From NCBI GenBank assembly GCA_013265495.1, contig MU058781.1:12280440-12344439 (forward strand): 64,000 nucleotides of DNA, given 5' to 3'. Below, piece by piece: positions 51,801-62,600 of the stretch. Position 1 is the first letter of the stretch, and each line of letters opens with the position of its first letter. The notes under the pieces were generated by a model, which was not told the DNA's origin, did no database searches, and saw nothing but the letters and a program-made list of their open reading frames with translations. The translations under genes and the position numbers were made by a program. This DNA is from Vicugna vicugna. Its lineage: Eukaryota.

Positions 51801-53475
51801 ACCTTGTAATCATAATAATCTCAGGGAAGGACTATTTCACAGAGGTAAGGAATATCTCAAAGAAAAATAATTCCAGTCCTTTTCAGTTTGTCATTGAAAA
51901 TTCATGCTCTTATATGACACAGAAGCATGATCCAAGTCTTCCTTTCAATTAAAGTTTTCCCTCTCAACAAAGATCCCTGTTCCCCATTGTACTTACCCTT
52001 GTATTAAATTCCTTGATGGATCTGTTGGAGTGATTGAAGGTGAATTCAAGAGGTCTTTCTGTGGAGGCATTGAATAAACCAGGCTGCTGAGTGCTGTTCA
52101 CCATAGCAATGATTGCAATGCTCAGACTCACACGCTGAGTTATCATGGTGAAGTTTGAGAAATGCATGATGAGAGCCAGTCCATAGCGTAATGAACAGAA
52201 CTCTGGACCTGGAGAGCAACACAGATGTCTGCAATGAGAATCCTGACTGAGATCACCTCTTTCCATTTCTCTCACTGCTAAATCTGAAAAAAACTTCAGA
52301 TGATCTCATGCAATCCCATTGTCCTTTTTCACCAAAATGGCCATGACTACAACCCTCCTTTGTCATATTCTTCAGTTGGCTTCAAGACAATAAATTTGGG
52401 CTCTTACAATCAGATAAAACAAATATGGCCTTTTTTCAGGGATATGGGAAGCAGATGAAAATATAAGGAACAGTAAATGAAGGCATTTATGTCACATTGT
52501 TCCAAAACAAAGTTAATGGCGAATTTGGGAAAGAGCCAGTCACAGAATCCCAGTCTCCCAGCTGCAAGCCTGTGGTCCCATCTATTTTGCATATTCATTT
52601 ACCATAAAGCTTGGAAGTTTATACTTAGAGGCTGTCTTTGAATTAAGCTAATCAAACATCTACAGATTTTCTTTTAAAGTACCTGAAAGTTAGTGCCTAA
52701 GTGCTCACTTCTAAATTTTTTTGTTCTATGTCACTAGGCTCTGCTATTATGTATATTCAGATTTTGAAAAATTTAATATGGGGAACCATTTTTACTATTT
52801 GTAGGTATGGTGCTGGAGGAGTAGTCACTCTATTACAAGAGCAGCACATTTTTTTTTTTAAGTCCCCACGAAGTGGGACAATGGGTCAATATCGAAAGGA
52901 GTCCTATGTGACTGATATATTAAATTTTTTTATATACTTGGAAGAACTGGGACTAAAGAGAAACAGAGAGAAGCTGTGAAAAACTAGGTAAAAAATATAA
53001 TGGAAGAAATAATTTTTAATGACCAAATAGGCTCAGGGATAGGACTGATTGCTTGCAAAAGAATAATTTCCCTATTACCGGAGGTTTCCAAAGCTCAGAG
53101 GAAATAACCAGCTACATAGCAAAGATATTATAGCAAGAACTCATACATAGGCTAGGGGTTTCTTTAAAATGACTTTTGCAGGACTCATTCCAGTCCTTAT
53201 GTCTCAGGATTTATTGATCATTTGACTTAATTTCTTGTAGATAACTCAGTGGGGCTCCCTAAGGAAAAAACAACAGGTAACAGGATACGGGGCTGGAGCT
53301 GGTCCCATGTTACACTGAGAGAATCTCTACAGCAGGGAGACTTGATAGAAAAAGGAGAAGGAGAGGAAAGCAAAATGTGTGAAGAAGATTGGAAATAAGC
53401 TTCCACTCTTCCATAAGGGAGCCTGCAAATAAGAGACATAGCCTTACCTTTCCTGATAGAAGGTTGCTCATCCAT
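42738..53475 (-). CDS. SLC17A2: SLC17A2 (NPT3), complete spliced CDS; coding exons 53448-53475, 51997-52208, 49891-50124, 49711-49798, 47631-47717, 46091-46209, 45807-45968, 45161-45293, 44927-45074, 44045-44135, 42738-42872
   Basis: Exon lengths 28+212+234+88+87+119+162+133+148+91+135=1437 nt = 478 aa + stop. All introns are [43 protein letters not shown]...[10 protein letters not shown] matches human NPT3 as recalled. Confidence 0.96.
43660..44035 (+). mobile_element. L2 3' fragment abutting the SLC17A2 coding exon 10 donor
   Basis: ccccagtgcctaaaacaatacctgcc...gttcaataaa L2 tail. Confidence 0.65.
44045..44135 (-). CDS. SLC17A2: SLC17A2 coding exon 10 (91 nt), weak donor
   Basis: ccacag| [30 protein letters not shown] |gttggg. 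Confidence 0.93.
44385..44630 (+). mobile_element. MIR
   Basis: cagcctgggtccaaatcctggctctg...tataaaatgaggataac. Confidence 0.75.
44927..45074 (-). CDS. SLC17A2: SLC17A2 coding exon 9 (148 nt)
   Basis: gcccag| [19 protein letters not shown]...INTLDIAP(R) |gtaaga. Confidence 0.95.
45161..45293 (-). CDS. SLC17A2: SLC17A2 coding exon 8 (133 nt)
   Basis: cttcag| [44 protein letters not shown] |gtaagg. Confidence 0.95.
45807..45968 (-). CDS. SLC17A2: SLC17A2 coding exon 7 (162 nt)
   Basis: tttcag| [23 protein letters not shown]...LHVNISD |gtgagt. Confidence 0.95.
46091..46209 (-). CDS. SLC17A2: SLC17A2 coding exon 6 (119 nt)
   Basis: tcccag| [19 protein letters not shown]...SSLPHQ |gtacag. Confidence 0.95.
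47631..47717 (-). CDS. SLC17A2: SLC17A2 coding exon 5 (87 nt)
   Basis: tttcag| [29 protein letters not shown] |gtgagt. Confidence 0.95.
49125..49320 (+). mobile_element. MIR
   Basis: cagactgcctgggctcaaatc...tataaaatgag. Confidence 0.75.
49711..49798 (-). CDS. SLC17A2: SLC17A2 coding exon 4 (88 nt)
   Basis: tttcag| [29 protein letters not shown] |gtaagg. Confidence 0.95.
49891..50124 (-). CDS. SLC17A2: SLC17A2 coding exon 3 (234 nt)
   Basis: ttccag| [21 protein letters not shown]...IRTIQGMAQ |gtatcc. Confidence 0.95.
50510..50538. repeat. (AAT)n microsatellite
   Basis: About 9 tandem units. Confidence 0.95.
51340..51880 (-). mobile_element. LTR37-like ERV1 LTR remnant
   Basis: ttttatttaactcattgattaa...caaaggagaattcaaagaacca motif, recalled from the consensus. 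Confidence 0.45.
51997..52208 (-). CDS. SLC17A2: SLC17A2 coding exon 2 (212 nt)
   Basis: ctccag| [20 protein letters not shown]...IKEFNTR |gtaagt. Confidence 0.95.
53448..53475 (-). CDS. SLC17A2: SLC17A2 first coding exon (whole exon 53448-53558)
   Basis: MDEQPSIRK, donor G|gtaagg, acceptor ctccgtag at 53559. Confidence 0.9.
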
Positions 53476-54065
53476 TTGGCTCTTCTGGGAAATGGTACCA
53501 CACTTTGCAGTGCAGATTCCCTCCGCCATGAATCTCTGTTACCACGACAGGCTTTTATCTACGGAGGAGAACAACAATCCAAAACATGACACTCAAATAA
53601 TTTCCTCTTGTTAATGTTGAACTCTCTCAGCATCAATGAGAGTTTTGATCCAACACAGCTGTATGACTTACATTTGGCAGTACCCTTCTTTATTGCTATG
53701 CTTATGGAGGGCTAGATTTTTATAAGAAAATCTGGCACTAAGTCAGTCCCAGCTAAGTGACTTAGAGCTAGTCATTTTGATTCTCTAACTATCCATTTTG
53801 TTGTCTGTTCATTAAAAATGTCTCCTTTCTGAGTAGTAGAATTGAACGAGAAAATGCAAACCACAGAAAACCACGCAAAGGTAAGGAATATTACAGCTTG
53901 ATACAGGTCAGAAGATAGGAAAGTTAAATTAAGCTCGAGAGCTGAGGAGGGAAGTTCCAAAACAGCCCTGTCTTTCATTCTGACCATGTTTCTGTTCCTT
54001 CTGTAGAACCAGAACAATGTTGCATGGTGACTTCTTTCAACATGAAGAACAGCACTGCATAACAC

Positions 54066-54101
54066 GTGTGTGTGTGTGAGTGTGTGTGCGTGTGTGTGTG
54101 T
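54066..54101. repeat. Interrupted (TG)n microsatellite
   Basis: Seen directly. Confidence 0.95.
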
Positions 54102-55669
54102 ATTAGTGTAATATTTAATGATTAAAAATGTTTATTCTTGCCTTTGCTAACACAATTTGGACATTTTATTGGACTAAAAAGTTCTTCAAATCACCAGTAA
54201 AATCATACTGAATGGGTGCTTTCTACTACAATTATGAATAAATCCAGCTACTTGTCAAGTGAAGAGAATTCATGACCTCAAAAGGACATGTTTAATTTGA
54301 TATCTGTACATCAATCAAATGCCCTTTGGGGGATACATACATTTATTTATTTTAGGAACAATCCTTATCCCAAGAATATTGTCAGTTTCACAGCCATCCT
54401 AAACTAAAGCATCCGTGACTTCACAAACCCACATATCGTGCTTACATTGCATCATTCAAAGCTTTGCATTCTTTCTGCACATAAATTTAACAAGATTTAT
54501 CTTCACCCTTAACGATCATCATCTGTGATCTTAGGGTGGAGAATCATGATGAAAGAGACAGTTGAAGGATTTTGTCCAAAAAAAATTCTTTGCAGTATTA
54601 GTTATTACAGCATATTAGAGACAAATTAACTTAACTGTAAGGGTTCGGTGAGTCAGATTTAATAGATTCTTATGATGGGCTTTATTAAAATAATGTTTTC
54701 AAAGATGTTGAATAATACTGAGGAAATGTCAGTACTGTAATGTACAAAGCAGGCACCACGCCTGTGCTGATACACGCACACCCAAGAAGGGAGAACCAGA
54801 TTCACACAAGTTCCACAATGGCTGTTTCTGAGTTACAGAACACTCGGTGGCCACGTTACTTCTTAGGATTTCCCGTATTAACCACATGATTCTTTTAACA
54901 ATTTGTAGTTACTCACTTTACACACAGAAGAAGCTAAGTGTCGTTGAAAGAACAACAATTAGGCTTCATTTGCATAGTCAGCATGGTTTTCTCCCTGCCA
55001 AATGTCTCTGGAATTCTGAGAACAAGTTCACTCCAGCTAAGTTTTGAAACTTACTTTTTAAAAAAACTACAGTGGACCCGAATTGATGCCCACTGCTTAC
55101 AAGAGAAAGTCAGCACCAGGTTGGATTTTGCTCTGTTTTGGAAGGCTTTCCACTCTTGCTAACAGCTGGGTGCTGTCAGGAATTCAGTTCAGGGCTCTAC
55201 AGTCAGGTTCCGGCTAAAGAGACTGGAGTGGACACCTAGTTGACCCAGAGTTTGGACCATTTTCTATTTGATCTCCCTTGTTATGTAAGATCCCAAGACT
55301 TGGCTGAAGACAATTTTTTCACTGTGCATTCATCTACAAGTACCTATATTCCACTAAAAGCCTTCCTACCCATCTATCTGTCCAACAAAACTTACAAACA
55401 CTAATTCTAGAGCTGAAAGAGACTCAGAGACCCTCTGGCCTAACTGTTCGTTGTATTGATGAGAAAACCGGTGTGCAGAAAGTTTGAAAAGTTGCTCCAA
55501 GCCACAGAGTTTACTGAGCCAGCACCAGGTCTCTGATACCAGACTGCTGCTTTTTTCTGTCTGTTAGTACTGCTTCCCCTTTATGTTCATATTTTAAGCA
55601 CAAACTTAAAGCACCGTAGGGTAACTTCATTTTGAGGTATTCTATATAGGAATTTATATAATTTTAAAT

Positions 55670-55830
55670 TAATTTTTAAATTGAAGTACAGTTGACTTAC
55701 ATATATTAGTTTCAGGTGTACAACATAGTGATTCAATATTTTTGCAGATTATACTTCAATATAGGTTATTACAAAATAATGGCTCTAATTCCCTGTACTG
55801 TACAGTAATATCCTTGCTGCTTATCTATGA
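55670..55830 (-). mobile_element. L1 3' UTR fragment
   Basis: ttgaagtacagttgac...tagtttcaggtgtacaacatagtgattca. Confidence 0.75.
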
Positions 55831-57604
55831 TCTTAAATTAAATTTTAATCATTTATACTAGATGGAAATTTGATGATAAAAATACTCTCCAGTTGAGATT
55901 TGAATATTAACAAAATTAAAAAAGACTACTCTCTCTTGCTTTTTTTGTTAGTGGAATGATATCATAAACCCCTCACTTCATTTGTCTTTCCCATTCCATC
56001 TGATGCCATCCCTACCTTAGTTTTTATGGTTTCAAATGCTACTTTGAATTTTGCCTCACTAGCTAATTTCAGTTGTTAATTTCCCTGTTTCCTGTGCATG
56101 AGACAAATACGGAAATCAGGCAGACATCCCAAACCATTCTAATGTGGGTCCTTCTATGACATAGTAATGGAAACTATTTTTCTAAGATAATCACAGAAGC
56201 ATATGAAAGTATGGAGTCTAAGGACTGCAATAATTGATAAGCACTTGGAGACAGTGGAATGAGTCTTAGACCAATTGTAAACATTGCCAAGGACCTTCCT
56301 ACTCCAGAGTGACGGTTCTAAAAAGTAGTGAACCCTAGTGTCAAACCTGTAAGTAGACAAAGAAAAATTAAATTAAGTTAAAGGAAAATTCTAAGTTAAA
56401 AAAATAATTTTATGATGCAAAATAGAGTTGAATTTGTTATAAAATGAATAATGTAGACAGTATGATTTATGCATAAGCAAAAGAATATTTTTCCTATTAT
56501 TTTTAGTCTAGAACTATTTTGTTATAATGGGCTTTCTATTGCTCTTAGATGTCCCCTAATATTAATCCTGTCTTGCAACACCTCTGTTAGCCGAGTGTCC
56601 CAGTTTACTCAGAGTAAATGTTACATGTGGTTGAAAGAGCATGAACCTGTGGTTCAAAGGGTATCCAAGGACCAAGTTCTCCGTCATTCACAATCTGAGT
56701 AAAGCAGAACAGATTTCATAAGATCCCAGAATTTTAATTGTTTCATAGGAAAAACGGGAATAATATTACTTCACAGGATTGTTGTGAGCAAAAACAAAGG
56801 TGTGAGACATGCCTTCTCAATGTAAAATATTATACACTGTAAAATGTTATTAACCACAGCAATAATAATAGTCACAAGATTGGCACTTGAGCCTCTCAAA
56901 TTAATAAACACAGGTTTACAGCAAATGAAATAACTTTCTAAAAATATTCTTTTGATTGTTTGTTAAATTGGTTTTAAACATTTCCTTTTAAAAGTGACTA
57001 GAATCCAGAAGATGAATGAGAAAGGGATGCCTCTTCGATGCTATAAACACTGAAGAACATGGGAAGAAGTAATTTCTTTCATGTTTGTAAAACTGAGGCC
57101 TCTTTTAGCACCTGTTTACTTTTTTGAAAGATTGGGAGTTCTGGAGTAAAGTTGGTTATTCTAGTAGATCATTTACATCATGCTGTCAATTTACATGAAT
57201 TTAATCATGAAAAAAAAAAAGAAAACGGGTACTGAGCACCAATAGTGGGGAATCCTAGAAGGCAGGGTTGTGCCAAAATTCAAGTGCAACTTGGGCACTG
57301 CTCACAGGGAACTCACAGCTCCACTCATCAGGAGATCCACAGGAGTCCCTGTACATCTTTCCTCCAAGCAACAACCTCAGGCTTTATCTTTCAGGCCAGT
57401 AGGAGTCCATCTGTGCTGTGGAATTGAGATTTTTTTTCCCCTGGGCAGGTTGGAAGAAGGCACTTTCACTAGGTCTTTTCCTGTAGGGCTTCCCAGCATA
57501 GCACTAATAGGTAGTAACCACTGTCTCTCTGGCACCTTTTCTCAGCTGTTCAAGGAGGGCAATAAACCAGGTGATCTCTACAAGTGTACAAATTTCCTTG
57601 CCTT

Positions 57605-57925
57605 CCATTTTTTAAAAAAATTTTGTTATTGAAGGATAGTCAGTTTACAAAGTTGTGTCAATTTCTTATGTACAGCTTAATGTTTCAGTCATACATGTAC
57701 ATTCATATATTCCTTTTCATATTCTTTTTCATTATAGGTTACTACAAGATGTTGAATATAGTTCTCTGTGCTACACAGTAGAAACTTGTCTATTTATATA
57801 TAATAGTATCTGCAAATCTTGAACTCCCAATTTATCCCTCCCCACCCTCTTTACCCCCTGGGAACAATAATCTTGTTTTCTATGTCTGTGAGTATGTTTT
57901 TGTTTTGTAAATAAGTTCATTTCAG
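57605..57925 (-). mobile_element. L1 3' UTR fragment
   Basis: Matches the 1505-1690 type 3'UTR and retains the terminal segment. Confidence 0.85.
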
Positions 57926-58390
57926 TCTTGCCTTCAGTCTTATTCACAATTTTGTTCCTATTCTCCTCTTCTTGAGAGACAATTTCAACCATATACAGAA
58001 ATCTGAAAAGACTCATTAGTCACAGTCCCCAATCTCAAATCTTGTTAGTTCTGATCCAGTCTTTTATTCTACAGTCAACTCCACAGCCTGCCCAACTCAT
58101 CAAGGTGTCACAGTTAAGACTCACAGAATCCTTGAAGAGGTGACCAATGTCCACAGAGTCCATTGGCACTGGTGTCCTCTCAAGCCTTGCTTTCAAATCT
58201 TGACTGAATCGATTACCATTTTTAGAAAGTGTCTTCTTTGTTTTGGAACCAGAAACCATTCTCAGATGGAGAGCCTTAGGCTTCTAATAATGTTTTTCCT
58301 CTGACTTCCCTTCAAACTGTTCCCTCCCTTTAATGGATCATTGGTTGATTAGTAATTATCCTCCGACCCAAAAAGAAGAAATGCACTTAC

Positions 58391-58596
58391 CTTCACCATT
58401 AAACCAGAGTTGTAAGCCTTAGACTATTAGGCTACCTTGAAGAAAGAAGGAGTTTTCATCTCTTCTTCCCGTTCACATAATTCCACAATTCCACAAAGAT
58501 AAATAATGAGTCACATGGCAGGCAGACTGCATCAGGTTTAGTCCTACATTCTCAGAGCAGAGAGCCCAGGTTTGGCTTCGCTGCTTAATTTTTAAC
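58391..58596 (-). promoter_or_regulatory. SLC17A2: Probable SLC17A2 promoter / non-coding exon 1, with an HNF1 site GTTAAAAATTAAG (58584-58596) and AP-1 TGAGTCA (58507-58513)
   Basis: Consensus donor AAG|GTAAGT at 58391/58390 in non-repeat sequence ~4.8 kb upstream of the first coding exon; HNF1-like motif upstream. Confidence 0.6.
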
Positions 58597-59325
58597 TTCA
58601 TTTTCAAGTTCTCACAGGTAGAATGAGTATCTCAAAAGATGACACCGTGTTTTTTCTGCTTTGACCTCCACATACAGATGAAAAAGTCAACAAGCCTTTT
58701 TCCTGAAAGGAAGGTGGCATGGTGTGAAAGAAAGAGGCAGGCTCCTGGGACTGCAGAGATGAAGTCACCCCACCTTCACCTCCCAGTGTTTTCTGTGGCC
58801 TTGAACAAGTCACTTAACTTCTTTGAATTGGTTTCTACTTTAATAAAGCAAGGGTTACAATGCTTAACTCATGGGGTTATTGGGCAAGTTAAATGAAATA
58901 CACATGCTCACCGGTAGTATGAGTATATTGAGATCCTCAGCAAATGATATGTTCCCATTAAAGGGTTCTGTTAAATCAGACTTTCCTTAAGCATTTGGTG
59001 CCACTGCTTCATAAATGTGAACTTTGGTTACTCTGACATCTTCGCATGAGGCTACCTTGTAACCTTTCTTCCTGCTTCTTATCTGTGCTCTTTCTAATCC
59101 AGTCTCTGCTTGACTCCTGATATTTGGACTTGTGTTTTTTTGTGATTCTTGAATTTCAGACTGTGGTTGCTACTGAGCCATCCCAGTTTGAATCTCAGCC
59201 CTTATAAAAGGAGCTGAAGGCCTTCCCTCCCTGCTTTTATTAGCTTCAAACTACCTTAGTTGAGTTTCCCTGCCCCAATTAGCCTTGCCACACTCCTCCA
59301 AGGAGCCTACTGGAGTCAACATCTC

Positions 59326-59693
59326 TGTATTAGTGTTCTATTCTTGCTGTTATAAATTAACAAAAAGTTATGACTTAAAACAACACGTTTATTCTTATAG
59401 TTCTGAAGGTTAGAAGTCCAAAATGGGTTTCATTGGGCCAGAAACCAAAATGTCAGCAGGGCCACACTCTCCCTGGTGGCTCTATGGGAGAATCTAATTT
59501 CTTACCTTTTCTAGTTTCTAGAGGTCACCTGCCTTCCTTGGCTCATAACCACTTCCTCCATCTTTAAAGGCAGCAGCATAGCATCTTTAGATCTTTCTAA
59601 CTCTGACCCTTCTATCTCCCTCTTTATAAAGACACTTGCAATTATATTGGGCTCATGTCTGAAATCCAGGCTAGTCTTCACGCCTCAAAATTC
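59326..59693 (-). mobile_element. MLT1C/D MaLR LTR interrupted by the young L1
   Basis: tgtattagt...cttaaaacaacac...gttctgaaggttagaagtcc...ggctctatgggagaatc. Confidence 0.8.
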
Positions 59694-62600
59694 TTTTTTT
59701 TTTTTACATTTTTTATTGATTCATAATCATTTTACAGTGTTGTGTCAAGTTCCAGTGTTCAGCACAATTTTTCAGTCATTCATGGACATATACACACTCA
59801 TTGTCACATTTTTTTCTCTGTGATTTATCATAACATTTTGTGTATATTTCCCTGTGCTATACAGTGTAATCTTGTTTATCTATTCTACAATTTTGAAATC
59901 CCAGTCTATCCCTTCCCACCCTCTACCCCCCTGGTAACCACAAGTCTGTATTCTCTGTCCATGAGTCTATTTCTGTCCTGTATTTATGCTTTGTTTTTGT
60001 TTGTTTGTTTGTTTTTGTTTTTTAGATTCCACATATGAGCGATCTCATATGGTATTTTTCTTTCTCTTTCTGGCTTACTTCACTTAGAATGACATTCTCT
60101 AGGAGCATCCATGTTGCTGCAAATGGCATTATGTTGTCGGTTTTTATGGCTGAGTAGTATTCCATTGTATAAATATACCACATCTTCTTTATCCAGTCAC
60201 CTGTTGATGGACATTTAGGCTGTTTCCATGTTTTGGCTATTGTAAATAGTGCTGCTATGAACATTGGGGTGCAGGTGTCATCCTGAAGTAGATTTCCTTC
60301 TGGGTACAAGCCCAGGAGTGGGATTCCTGGGTCATATGGTAAGTCTATTCCTAGTCTTTTGAGGAATCTCCACACTGTTTTCCATAGTGGCTGCACCAAA
60401 CTGCATTCCCACCAGCAGTGTAGGAGGGTTCCCCTTTCTCCACAGCCTCTCCAGCATTTGTCATTTTTGGATTTTTGAATGACGGCCATTCTGACTGGTG
60501 TGAGGTGATACCTCATTGTAGTTTTGATTTGCATTTCTCTGATAATTAGTGATATTGAACATTTTTTCATGTGCTTTTTGATCATTTGTATGTCTTCCTT
60601 GGAGAATTGCTTGTTTAGGTCTTCTGCCCATTTTTGGATTGGGTTGTTTATTTTTTTCTTATTGAGTCGTATGAGCTGCTTATATATTTTGGAGATCAAG
60701 CCTTTGTCGGTTTCACTTGCAAAAATTTTCTCCCATTCCGTAGGTTTTCTTCTTGTTTTATTTCTGGTTTCCTTTGCTCTGCAGAAGCTTGTAAGTTTCA
60801 TTAGGTCCCATTTGTTTATTCTTGCTTTTATTTCTTCTAGGAGAAAATTTTTGAAATGTATGTCAGATAATGTTTTGCCTATGTTTTCCTCTAGGAGGTT
60901 TATTGTATCTTGTCTTATGTTTAAGTCTTTAATCCATTTTGAGTTGATTTTTGTATATGGTGTAAGGGTGTGTTCTAGCTTCATTGTTTTACATGCTGCT
61001 GTCCAGTTTTCCCAACACCATTTGCTGAAGAGACTGTCTTTATTCCATTGTATATTCTTGCCTCCTTTGTCGAAGATGAGTTGACCAAAAGTTTGTGGGT
61101 TCATTTCTGGGCTCTCTATTCTGTTCCATTGGTCTATATGTCTGTTTTGGTACCAATACCATGCTGTCTTGATGACTGTAGCTCTATAGTATTGTCTGAA
61201 GTCTGGGAGAGTTATTCCTCCAGCCTCTTTCTTTCTCTTCAGTAATGCTTTAGCAATTCTAGGTCTTTGATGGTTCCATATAAATTTTATTATGATTTGT
61301 TCTAGTTCTGTGAAATATGTCCTGGGTAATTGGATAGGGATTGCATTAAATCTGTAGATTGCCTTGGGCAGTGTGACCATTTTAACAATATTGATTCTTC
61401 CAATCCAAGAGCATGGAATATCTTTCCATTTTTTAAAGTCTTCTTTAATTTCCTTCATCAATGGTTTATAGTTTTCTGTGTATAATTCTTTCACCTCCTT
61501 GGTTAGATTTATTCCCAGATATTTTATTACTTTGGGTGCTATTTTAAAGGGGATTGTTTCTTTACTTTCTTTTTCTGTTGATTTATCGTTAGTGTAAAGA
61601 AAGGCAACTGATTTTTGAACATTAATTTTGTAACCTGCTACCTTGCTGAATTCTTCGATCAGCTCTAGTAGCTTTTTTGTGGACCTTTTAGGGTTTTCTA
61701 TATATAGTAACATGTCGTCAGCATATAATGACACTTTTACCTCTTCTTTTCCAATTTGGATCCCTTTTATTTCTTTCTCTTGCCTGATTGCTGTGGCTAG
61801 GACTTCCAGGACTATGTTGAATAGGAGTGGTGATAGTGGGCATCCTTGTCTTGTCCCAGATTTTAGTGGGAAGCTTTTGAGTTTTTCACCGTTGAGAACT
61901 ATGCTGGCTGTAGGTTTGTCATATATAGCTTTTATTATGTTGAGATATGTTCCCTCTATACCCACTTTGGCGAGAGTTTTTATCATAAATGGGTGTTGAA
62001 TTTTATCAAATGCTTTTTCTGCATCGATTGAGATGATCATGTGGTTTTTGTCCTTTCTCTTGTTGATGTGATGTATTACATTGATTGATTTGCGTATGTT
62101 GAACCAGCCTTGTGTCCCTGGGATGAACCCCACTTGGTCATGATGTATAATCTTTTTTATGTGTTGTTGGATTCTATTTGCTAAAATTTTGGTGAGGATT
62201 TTGGCGTCTATGTTCATCAGTGATATTGGCCTATAATTCTCTTTTTTTGTAGTGTCTTTGCCTGGTTTTGGTATCAGGGTGATGGTGGCTTCATAGAATG
62301 AGTTTGGGAGTATTCCCTCCTTTTCAATCGTCTGGAAGAGTTTGAGAAGGACTGGTATGAGTTCTTCTTTGTATGTTTGGTAGAATTCCCCGGTGAAGCC
62401 ATCCGGTCCTGGACTTTTATTTGTAGGGAGGTTTTTAATTGCTATTTCTATTTCCTTTCTAGTGATCGGATTGTTCAAGTGTTCAGTTTCTTCTTGATTC
62501 AGTTTTGGTGGACAGTATGTTTCCAGAAACTTGTCCATCTCCTCTAGGTTATCCAGTTTGGTTCCATATAGTTTTTCATAATATTCTCGTATGATATTCT

